Below are positions 49,059 to 61,402 of a stretch of 64,000 bases of DNA, in pieces. The DNA is taken from contig JBBPEB010000006.1 of the NCBI GenBank assembly GCA_039096225.1, positions 372,001-436,000 of the forward strand, written 5' to 3'. Position 1 is the stretch's first letter, and every line of letters begins with the position of its first letter. The stretch comes from Blastocystis sp. Blastoise (lineage: Eukaryota > Protista > Bigyra: Opalinata). The notes under the pieces are model-generated. The model did no database searches. It was given only the letters and a program-made list of their open reading frames with translations, and was not told where the DNA came from. The position numbers were made by a program, and so were the translations under genes.

Positions 49059-50318
49059 ATGAAAGTTATCTATCTTTTAGCTTTTTTCGTAGCTTTAGCT
49101 GCTGCTGATAAATGGGCTGTTCTTCTTTCTGGTTCTCAAGGTTATAGTAATTACAGACATCAATCTGATGTTTGCCATATGTATCATGTTTTACTTGATC
49201 ATGGTATTGCTCCTGAACATATAATTACCATTATGGCTGATGATATTGCTAATAATCCTCGTAATCCTTTCCCTGGTACTGTTTATAATCATCCTGGTAA
49301 TAACCAACGTAATTTCTATGAAGGAATTGTCGTTGATTACAAAAAAGAAGTCAGTGCTGAAGTCTATTATGCTATCTTAAGAGGTGATGCTGATAAAGTC
49401 AAGGAATTAACTGGCAAGACTGAAGTCAAGACTCTTACTTCTGGTCCTACTGATACTGTTTTCTTCTATTATATTGATCATGGTGGTACCGGTATCGTTG
49501 CTATGCCTGATGATAAGACTTATCTTAAGGCTGATGAACTTCAAGCTGTTTTAAAGGAATTATATGAAACTAAGAAATATTCTAAGGCTGTTTATTATAT
49601 GGAAGCTTGTGAATCTGGTTCTATGTGGTTAGGTTTACCTACTGATATTAATCTTTATGCTTTATCTTCTACTCTTCCTGATGAATCTTCTTGGGGTACT
49701 TATTGTCCTGGACAAGAAGAAGGTCATGATGATACTGTTGATGGTGAAAGTATTGGTTCTTGTCTTGGTGAAGTTTGGAGTTGTTTCTGGTTAGAACAAG
49801 ATGATGAAGCTGATCTTTTCACTTTAACTCTTCAACAACAATTTGATGATGCTAAGAACTTTACTACTACCTCTACTCCTCTTCAATATGGTGATTTATC
49901 TTGGGCTGATACTCCTGTCGGTGAATTTATTGCTGAAAAATCATTCAAGGAATGTAAGAGTCTTGAACGTAAATCTGCTTCTAGACAATGGGAATCTCGT
50001 GATAATAATCTTAAATTCTGGAAACATCTTGCTCAAAAAGGTGATCATGAAGCTCAACAAGAATATGTTAAAGAACTTGAATCTCGTAAACAAGCTGATG
50101 AATATTTTGGTAAACTTACTAGTAAACTTAATACTAAGATTGATTTATTAATGAGCTATCCTATTAATCATATTAACTGGAAGTGTTATGGTCCTCTTGT
50201 TGATAAGTATCAAACTACTTATGGTTTCAATGATTATAGCTTAAAGTATGCTCATGCTTTAGCTGCTCTTTGTAATACTATCAATGGTGATGGTCACGAA
50301 ATTCTTAATTTAATGTAA
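49059..50318 (+). CDS. LGMN: Secreted legumain (asparaginyl endopeptidase, peptidase C13), intronless
   Basis: Signal peptide MKVIYLLAFFVALAAA, NYRHQSDVCH, catalytic DHG and EACESGS, SSWGTYCP. Confidence 0.93.
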   Translation: MKVIYLLAFFVALAAADKWAVLLSGSQGYSNYRHQSDVCHMYHVLLDHGIAPEHIITIMADDIANNPRNPFPGTVYNHPGNNQRNFYEGIVVDYKKEVSAEVYYAILRGDADKVKELTGKTEVKTLTSGPTDTVFFYYIDHGGTGIVAMPDDKTYLKADELQAVLKELYETKKYSKAVYYMEACESGSMWLGLPTDINLYALSSTLPDESSWGTYCPGQEEGHDDTVDGESIGSCLGEVWSCFWLEQDDEADLFTLTLQQQFDDAKNFTTTSTPLQYGDLSWADTPVGEFIAEKSFKECKSLERKSASRQWESRDNNLKFWKHLAQKGDHEAQQEYVKELESRKQADEYFGKLTSKLNTKIDLLMSYPINHINWKCYGPLVDKYQTTYGFNDYSLKYAHALAALCNTINGDGHEILNLM

Positions 50319-50857
50319 ATCGTTTTATTCGATTTGCTTTTGCGTTTGATTGCATATTATAATTGTATTGTTTATGTTTTAAATCTTTTAAAAAGTATTC
50401 AATAAATGTCTTGTTTTGTTTTTTTTAAAGTGTATGTTTTATTCATTTTGAGAAATAAAGATTTTTTTGTTTATTAATAACGTGGTATCAAAATTATTAT
50501 TTTTTTAAATAAAAATAATAGATGAATATGATATCATGAAAACCTATGAATATGTTCAAACCTATTTTTAATAGTAAAATCTACACATCAATTTTGTATT
50601 CCTTTTTGTATGTGAATAATCAAGATAAAAATAATCAGACATTCATGTAGAAAGGAGGATTTAAGTGTAATCTTCATTATGTAACACGACTGATATGCGA
50701 TGATATGAATTTTCGTTTCAAATGATTATCGTGTTTGCGTATATGAAACGAAAACAATATATACACGCCATTTAATCAATTCTCGTATGCTCAAACTATT
50801 CTATAAACTTTGTGAATTCAAATTTTCGTTTTCATTTTATTTTTCTAATATTCAATT

Positions 50858-53800
50858 ATGAAAATATATTATATTATTCTTATTAGTTATTTTTATTTGA
50901 TTGGTATGACCCTATATATGATTATTATATATTCTTTTATTATTTATAAAAAATATAGTATTTTCTCAATGTTCTCCTCCTAAATTATCATTTATTCTTC
51001 GACGTGAGTATTCTTCTTATTCTTATGAGGAATCATGGAAGATCTATGAAGGAATAGATGATACTGGACAATTAATCTATGAAGGAAGTGCAACTGTTTT
51101 TGAATCTAATACTGTTAAAGAATTTGATATTTGTCTTGAATTTAATAAACAATATACACTTTATATGTTTGACGTGTATATATAGCATTATATATATATT
51201 TATATTAATTATAGTTTTATTTTATTGCTTTTATTATTTATATTAATTATAGTTTTATTTTATTATTTTTATTAATTATATTTATTATAGTTTTATTTTG
51301 TTATTTTTATTAATTATATTTATTATACTTTTATTTTATTATTTTCACTATATATAATTAAATAATTATTATATATATATAGATTTGGTGATGGTTGGGG
51401 TTCTGCTTCTCTTCCTTCATTATTGAAAATACTCTATGATTCTCAATTATTAATAACCACTACATTACCTCATGGGGATTCAGGACCGAAAAAAGAATTA
51501 TTTAAATGTATATATATATATATATATATATAAATTATTTTTTTTTAAATTATATATTCTTAATTCATTTTCTAACTATAGAGTGACTCCATTCTTATAT
51601 ATATATTATTATTATTATTATTTTCTTTTGACTTTATTTCATGTATATTCTAACATTTATAATACAAAAAAAAATATATATTATATATATTGAGTATTAG
51701 TTTTTATATACTATCTCTATATAGTTATAGTCCCCATATCTCCTTCATCTTTTTGGAAATATACATCTATACCCTTCTCTTCTTCTTCTTGGACTTCTAA
51801 TTCATATATAGATACTACATGGAATACAGGTATACATCAACAATTCCCTCTATATTCTAGTATAACTACATATTATCGATATACTACTTCTATCTTGGAT
51901 CTTAATGCTTATGTTTATCATATTAAACTCACTACACAAGCAGGAGCTATTCTTTATATTAACGGAAATGAAATATATAGAATCAATCTTCCAGAGTATA
52001 TATATTCATGTTTAGATTTATTTTTTTTTCATCATATTCTAATATGTTATTTTTTATATACTTATATATTTATCATATTTTTACTCATTATAGATTCTCT
52101 ATATATAGTTATTAATATATATATATTAGAGATTAGAGATTAGCAATATATATTATTATTTATATAGAGGTCTAATAACAGCAACAACACCTGCGTCATC
52201 TATTGAACCAGAACCAGTTACTCTTATGTATATACATATATACACATATACATAATCTTTTCCATGATTCACTCATTATTTATATCTCACATTATTTATT
52301 AATATATATATATATATATAGTATATCGATTCCTGCAAAAATGTATCAAGTAACATCATTAACAGTAGCTGTAGAAATTCATATTATTCAGTCATTGCTG
52401 AATACTGCTGACCCATTTGAACTCTATATTCTTCCAGGAAGTGATGAAGATGGTATATATATTATATATATAATAATAATAATAATTATTATTATTATGT
52501 TTAATATTAATGAAAAATATAATTAATAATAATACTATGTATTTATTTATTATATATATATATATATAGATGGAATACGTTTTGGAAGTGATGCTGCAGG
52601 TCTCTGTGATCCAGACGTAACAAGCACGTCTGAATCATGCTTAAATCTATTTGATAATTATAAATATTCGTATTATATCACTCCCGAAGGTATTACTACT
52701 CCAACTATTACTATTATACTCAGTCACCAAAGGTATATATATATATATAGAGTATTCACAATATATTCTATTGACTATCTATGAATAATTATAATAATTT
52801 TATTATTTGTTTTTCTTCTTTTTCTTTTTATTATAAATAATATACTTATACTAATAAAACATCATTATTGATATAAAAATGAATAATTAATATCTATAAT
52901 AAACTCTATATATATATATATATAGCGCATCCTGGATAAATGGATATATGCTTATAAGTGGAAGTGACGCTACTAGAGATCCTACGAAATGGAAAGTATA
53001 TGGGTCAAATAACCACGGGGAAACATGGAAACTAATTGATATGAGAAATGATGAATTATTTGAAGGAAGAAGAACCGCGAATGTTTATTCCCTACCTTCC
53101 AATAGAATGATCTTTAATCAATTCAAATTCAATTTCTGTATATATATATATATATATATTTATTTTATCTTTCTTTATTATTATTAATATTATGTATATT
53201 TACATATATTTATCATCTATATAAAATATAATAATAACAAATTAGTATTTCAAATGAATACCATTTCCTTCTTATTTAAAAAAGAAATATATATATAGTA
53301 TCAACTACAGGAGGTTCTCGTTTTCAGCTTGCTGAAATTCACTTAATGTTCTTACCTATAGACCTTCTTCCTATAGGCTTATACTATGAACAAGCTTTAT
53401 ATGCTATTAAAACAGATATTTCCTTTTCTATATATCCTATTTCTTCAGGATATATATCTTATTCGATCTCTTCTTCTCTTCCTTCGGGATTATATATAGA
53501 TATTGAAAATGGACATATCTATGGCATCCCAGTTGGAGACAGTTCGACCGTTATATATACCGTTACAGCCACAGAAGCAGCAACCAATGAAATCTCCACT
53601 TTCTCTCTCACTCTTGCTATTACTGGTATATTATTATATATACTAGCTCCTCTATATATGTAAACTATATATATATATTTTTTATATTAATTAAAATATA
53701 TAAATACTGCTGTACATGGATTCATATATATATACTCTTTCTTTTTAAATACTTTATATATATATACATTCAGGCTGTATTCAACCATCAATGTCAACAA

Positions 53801-56800
53801 TATATATTACAAAAGTGAATAAACAAACATCGGGAGATGAACAGTGGACACTATATACACAAATGAACACAATCATTTATCAAAGTCAAGGTGTCAATAA
53901 TGGAGAAAATCAAGTCTATTCTGAGTGTATCCCCGCGGGAATATATCGATTAGGATTAAGTGATGATGGGAATAATGGATGGGAAACAGGTGCTTATATA
54001 GATATATCCTTACATTATGATGCTACTACTAGATTTCCATTAACAAGGCTTTATTTACTTTCAGGTACTTCTAATTATTATAGAATTAATACAAAAATGT
54101 ATTTACCTCCTTTTTCAACTTGGAAATATTCCCATGGGAATCCAATGGATATAAATTGGATGGAATCTACATATAATGATAATCAATGGTTGAGTATTTC
54201 AGCATTAAATAAATTATCTTTTTCAACACCTCTCGTTTTATTAAGAAAAACATTTTCAATAGAATTAGAACAATATAGATCAGGATGGATATTATATTTC
54301 AAAGTTAAAGCTGGTACTATTATATATATAAATAATAAAGAAGTTTATCGTATATTTCTTCCTAAGGGTTCTATTACTTCTTCTACTACTCCTACTGGTG
54401 GTGATATTCATTTTAAATGGAGATATGTTACTGGCTCCATTCAAACATTAGGAACAAGTAATACTATAACTATTGCTATTGCACATATTAATACTATTTC
54501 TACTTCATATCTTTTTGATTTTGATTGTGTGTTATATACTATGGCAGATAATACTACTCCACTTCCTATTGATGGAATAGCTTATGCATCTAGTCTTGGA
54601 TTAGATGGAAAAGCAGAATATGCTTTTGATAGTAATATATATACACGATATATTTCTGGATTACATGATTCTATTACTCCTCTTTCTATATCAATTGTAT
54701 TTAATAATTATAATTCTATATACAGTAATGAGTATTGTATTATAAGTAATAGAGATTCACCTCAACATGATCCTATTGATTGGACTATTTATGGAACTGA
54801 AGATGGAGAGCAATATGTACAATTATCATCCCAAATACATATATCTTGGGAAGAACGTCTTCAAAGACAATGCTTTTATATACCAACATTAGAGAAAGCA
54901 TATAGAGGATATAAAATGACTATGACTAAAACAGCTACTATTTTAGATCAAAATCGATATGCATTTTCTGAATATGAAATTTATATGATTGATCTTGATA
55001 GTTTAATTATACCTCCCTTATATCTTACTCCTAAAGAGATTATTGCTTATAAAGGAATAGCTGTTCCTGCATTATCTACTACTTCTGCTTATTATTATGA
55101 CTTTAGTATATCACCTGATCTACCTTTTCCACTTACTCTTGATTCTAGTAATGGATATATTAATGGTATTCCTATTACTTTACTTCCACCTACTCTTTAT
55201 ACAATTACTGCTAAAAATATAAAGAATATAGAATCATCGACAACTATAACTCTGTCTGTTATTCAATGTTCTTCTCCTAACATTCTTTTTACTTTAGAAT
55301 TCTACTTTTCATCTGATGGAATAGAAGCTTCATGGTCGTTAAATGATCCTATTGTTGGAAATGTTATCTTTTCAAGAACATATTCTGTATCTTATACAAC
55401 ACAACATTATTCTTTTTGTAGACTTCCTCAAATATATTCATTAGTATTATCAGATAGTATGAATAATGGTTGGGGAGATGGACAATATACTATTTATTTA
55501 GAAGATGGTACAGTAGTACATACAGGAACTGTTGAAAATGGAGAATCTCCTAAAACAGTAACACTTGTTATTGGTCGATTATTAAATCCAACAGAAGGTC
55601 ATTGGACAATATTAAACACAGATCAACAAGCACCTGCTGATTGGTCGATTCTTTCATTTGATGATAATCATTGGTATTCTGCTTCTGGAAGTTCTCTTCC
55701 GATTCCTATGGGTATCACTCAATATTATAGGACTAAATTTACTATTAATATTCTATTACCATTATATTCTGGAATAGAAATCATGGCTAAAACATTTGCA
55801 GGTATGATTGTTTATTTAAATGGACATGAAATTAGACGTATAAATTTGCCTTCTGGTATTATTGATAAGAACACTTTAGCTACTCAAGATACATCTGACA
55901 ATCACGCGTTTTATACTACTATTCCTGTTTCTTATAATTATATTGTAGTAGGAGAAAATGTATTAGCTGTAGAAATCCATAAATATTCTTCATTACCTTC
56001 AATCAATTCATTTGATGCGACAATCACCTTAATTGCAAATGACGAATATAGACTTAAATCAGGTATATTATGGTCTGATATACTAACAACAGGAGTAGAA
56101 GGTATTGATAAATTAATAGATAATAATATATTTACAAAAACATTAAGTGGACCACGTTGTGTTGATGCTATATTTCAATATACATATAATTATGATCGTA
56201 GAGAGTATATAAATCAATATAGTATTACTAATGGAAATGATTGTAATAAACGTCATCCTTCTTCTTGGAGATTTGAAGGTAGTAATAATAATGGTCAAAC
56301 ATGGACTTTATTACATTATGTATATTCACAATTATTTACATCCTATCGTCAAACAGTTACATATGATATATTTACATCTATACCTTATAATTCTTATCGA
56401 ATTCTTATAACTGAATGTGACAATCAACCTTTAGATTCTGTTAATTGTGGAGATGGAAATATCCAATTATCAGAATTAAAATTCTTTTTAACCAATAAGA
56501 ATCCTTCATGTATAGGAGAAGAAGGATATACAACAGCAATGGAAGGAGATTATGGATACAAAGAATGTATTTCTGGATATAAAGGAATTAGGAGAAGAAA
56601 ATGTACAAATAGTACTTTTGAAACTATACAAGATTTATGTATATTACAAAGTCCATCGATATTACGTTATGAAGGATCTCCATTTACTCTACATAAAGGT
56701 ATTCAAGTTATTATAAGTCCTATACTGACTGGTGCTGAACTGATTGTTAATATTGATCCTCCATTACCGAATGGTTTAGTTATTGATAATAATGCTATTA

Positions 56801-58116
56801 TATCAGGAACTCCATTAGAATCCTCTCTATTAAAAGAATATACAATTACTGTATCAAATAGATTAGGAACAAGTTCTACAAAGATATTGATATCTATAGA
56901 TACAGCTGTGTGCGCAGTTGATGGAATTTGGCCAATTACTGAAGGAGGAAGTCAAGCAACACTTGCATGTGCAGATCCCTTATTGTATGAGGGATCTCGT
57001 ACACGTTACTGTAATATTGGTACTCCTTGTTTTTGGTCTGAAGAAGTTGATAATTGTAAATTAAAAATTCCCACAATAGAATATCCAATAAATATATTAC
57101 AAGGTTATAAAGGAGATTCTATTGACGTTATTACACCTGTCATTACAGGAGGATCTTTGAATTTACTTACTATTACTCCTTCTCTTCCTAAAGGATTAGT
57201 TTTTATCGATAGTACAGGACAAATATCAGGGATTCCAATAGAAACAATAGATAATGTATATACGATAACTATATCGAATCCAAGTGGTTCTAAATCTACA
57301 TTATTAACAATACGTATACAAAGAGTAGTATGTAGTATAGATGGTGAATGGATAGAAACAGAAAGAGGTGAATATGAATATATATGGTGTACACAAGGAT
57401 ATACAGGAGTATTAAGTCGATTCTGTATGAATAAAGGTATTGGATTAGCAAACTGGGATATAATTGATACAAGTAGATGTTATATATATGATAGTAATGA
57501 AAGACCTGGAGAGAATAATGTATTTATTAATATACCTATATTATTGAAAGGAATAACCTATTTATTATTTAATAATCCCAAAACTTATGAGCTATTTCGA
57601 AAGATATTTGTAGATTTACTTTCTTCTAAGAATATTTTATCTGAACATATACAAATAACTCATTATAATGAGATTAATGAGGATGGTATAAAAGTATATA
57701 TGAGATATAAAGTAGAAGAGGGTAATATGAATGAAATTGTAGATCTATTAATACCTTTTATTGAAAGTCAAACTACACAAAACTCTCTACTTTATAAATG
57801 TAAAGAATCGGCTAATGAATCTCTTCGTTATATAGAAACAGTAGCTATAGGTCAGGAAGGAATTTCTTATCGCTATAATAGTATTAGTGGATGGGTGATT
57901 ACAATATTTGTTTTAGTTATTTTATTGATACTTATTCTTTTTAGCGTTATAGGATTATGTATATACTATAGATTAAGTGGAAGAAATAAATTGAAAGATC
58001 GAAAAAAGAGTGGGAAGAAAACTGTTCCTTCAAAAGGAAATAATAAAGAGATAAAAGATAAAAAGAATGCAAATAATTATAGTCAAATAACTCCTAATGT
58101 ATCAAGAAAAATATAA
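50858..58116 (+). CDS. Very large type I membrane surface protein with repeated Ig-like (He_PIG-like LP.GL.ID...G.I.G.P) and F5/8/galactose-binding-like modules, 10 exons
   Basis: Hydrophobic N-terminus, repeated SLPSGLYIDIENGHIYGIP/DLPFPLTLDSSNGYINGIP/PLPNGLVIDNNAIISGTP modules, DPTKWKVYGSNN-type motifs, Cys-rich C..DG.W..T repeats, C-terminal TM helix and basic tail. Confidence 0.75.
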
Positions 58117-58439
58117 TTTTTTAATTTTGTTGTTTTATTAAATATATATATGTATATATATATTTGTTTATAAAATATTCTTATTCTAAAATAGTAAAGT
58201 TTAGTTGATATAAATTTTTGTATGAATAGAACAAAAGGACAAATTATTTATATTTACATGAAATACTAAAACTCTTATTATGATTGAAAAAAGAATTCAT
58301 ATACACGAAAAGGAATTTTAATGAATTTAAAAAAAAGAATTTGAAAACAATTAATGAAAATTGATGATTCATTTCTTTTAATATTCAAATAAGTATAATA
58401 AAAAAAGTAATGATAAATTATATATATAAAATGATATTA

Positions 58440-59028
58440 TTACTTGAGATTATCTTTATCAAAAGCAAAATAAACATAAACGAAATAGATAACTTGACAT
58501 AAAGCGAAGATAAGTTCAGTATAAGGTACTCCAATAGCGTTAAAAAGAGGAGGGATAATAATAGAAGTAACTGCAGAGAATAACCACATACTGAGATTAG
58601 CTAATGAACAAGCTTGAGAAGAGATGCTAGAAGGATAGGAAACAGCACAAATGACATAGAAAAGAGGAGAGACGCCAACTTGGAAACCTAAGATAAAGAC
58701 CACCATACCTATATATATATATATAATTTAATGAGATATATAGTGTATATTAATAGTAACATTATTATAATATATATATACCAATAATAACAACGAAGGC
58801 GATGGAAGGAATGAAGAAACTATATTAATAATAATATTAATAATAATAATAATAATAATAATAAATATATATACGGAATAATAATACCAGCAGAACCAAC
58901 AAACATAATAATAAGAGAGGATAACATAAGAGTCTTAAGAGATATTTTATTAACGACAAACATGCATATAATAGAACACATGACATTCCAAACACCACTA
59001 ATTAACATTTGAGGAAGAAGAACCTATA

Positions 59029-59069
<41 letters not shown>

Positions 59070-59284
59070 TAATAATATACATTATCAATTCCCGCCATTT
59101 GAAGGAGTTGAGGGGCATAGAAAGTGATACAAGAAATACCAGTGATTTGAGTCATAATAGCTGACATTAAGGCAAGAACAATATACTTTACATTCTATAG
59201 TATAATAATATTACAATATAATAATAATAATAATAATAATATACAGATTTAGTCCAAAGAGATTCTTTCTTTCTATAAATAAAG

Positions 59285-59356
<72 letters not shown>

Positions 59357-60585
59357 TTAATAATAATAATAATATATACACATCAAGAAGTTTAGTGGTT
59401 TCAACATCAACTTTTTCAACAATAGTATCAATAACAGCTATATAAGATATATAATATATATTATACTAAACATAATAATAAACATAATAATACATATAAA
59501 AACTATAGAGCAACATAAAATAATAATAATAACTATATACAATCTTCTTTAGTAAATAAAGAACAGATGAAAATAATAAGACCAAAAACCATGGGGAAAC
59601 CAAGTTGGAACTTCCAAGAGAATGGAGTCAAAGGTTGACAATTATCTATTTCAAAATGAGGAATTAACCATAAGTTAAAAAGAGTCTATATAATATAATA
59701 TAATATAATATAGTATAGATTATTATTGAATATAAAATAGTTTAAAACATATAATGAATAAAGCAGAATAAAAAAATAATAAATATAAATAAATAAATAA
59801 AGCATAATAAATAATATATATATAAATAATAAATAAATAAATAAATAAAACATAAATAAATAAAACATAAATAAATAACTAAATACAGCACAGAAAATGA
59901 ATGCACAAATAGACATATTCAGAACAGTAGCAATTCTTGATTTTAAATGTTCAGGAACAAGAGTACTAGAATAAGGAGGTAATAATGTAGAAGCACCAGT
60001 AACAGCGAAACCTATAGATACATGTAGATATAGAAAAAAGAATATAATATAATAAAAAAAATTAAAAATAAACCAGAAAAAAACATATATATATACCAGA
60101 AAGTGAACGTCCAATGAAAGCAAGCCAAAAGTTATTACTAATAATAGCAAGTAAAGGACAAATGAAACCAACAATACCAATAATCATAACAGTCTATAAA
60201 GTTGATAATTTATATTTTTAGTATAAACAAGTAAATACCTTTTTGTTACCAAGTTTCTTGGCAAGATAAGCAATGAGATAGGAAGAGAAACCAGCGATAA
60301 TATAGATAATACCATTAAATAATCCCTAAATTATTTAAAAAATGATAGAATGACAATTGAAAGAAAATATGAGTAAATACTTGATATAAAGAAACGTTGA
60401 TATCATCAGATTTATCGAAAACAGTACAGGTGATGAAAGGAATAGCTAATCCACTAATAATAGCAAGATTATAACCAATATAACCACCACCACAGAAGTT
60501 CAAAATACCTAGAAAGAATAAAACATAGTTGAAGAATAATAGATTAAGAAAAAATACAAGCAAGAAGAGTCTGATTAACAGCCAT
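58440..60585 (-). CDS. MFS sugar porter family transporter, 12 exons
   Basis: GYNLAIISG, IGRSLSGFAVTG, QITGISCITFYAPQLL, FQVGVSPLFYVICAVSYP; about 12 hydrophobic segments; all introns GT-AG. Confidence 0.85.
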
Positions 60586-61402
60586 TTAAAAACTATCTTA
60601 TAAAAAGAAAATAATGCGATGTATGATGAATTCAAACAAGGGAATACACAAATATTGCTGTTTATTCTTTATCATAATAGAGTCACGGGGATCTTTATTT
60701 TCATAATTGTATTTTAATAGTTTTTCATGAATATCTTTTTATGTTGAAGAATGACGTTACGAATAATACAATTTATTTTTCATAAAACCATTCATTTTAT
60801 AAGCAAATGTTGTTTTTATTTTATAAAGAGACACATTCTTGTGTTTTATAATGGTATATGCTGGAGTATAGAGTATATATGCTTAGACATGAGTTACGAA
60901 AATAAACTATTATGATTCTTTTGTGTTTATGTGTTTTTATTGTTGTTAAAAGTATATAGTCCAAGAAGTGTGCTTGTTATAAGTGTAGATGAGTTAGAGA
61001 GAATTTGTATATGCTATTTTGTTTTTAATTTCTGCAAAAAAAAATTTGTTAGAATGGCCGTGATGGCTTTCATTATTCAATAAATAGTTTATGTTATAAA
61101 ATTAAATGCTAATAATTGATTCCTGACGTTGTTTTTCAAATAGAATAAGAATAAAATAATAAATACAAACAATGAAAGAATACTAATAATAATAAGAATA
61201 TAAGTATATACTATAAATAAAAAAAGAGAATGGAATAAAAATTCATATAGAGAAGTAACAAATATAAGAAATAGTTCTTGAAATATATATTAATATATAC
61301 AAAAATTGTTGAATATAAAAAAAAAGGTTTAAGAAAAGAAATATTTTATAAAAAAAAAATATATATATATAAATGAAAGATAATTATAGAAAAGTATATT
61401 GT

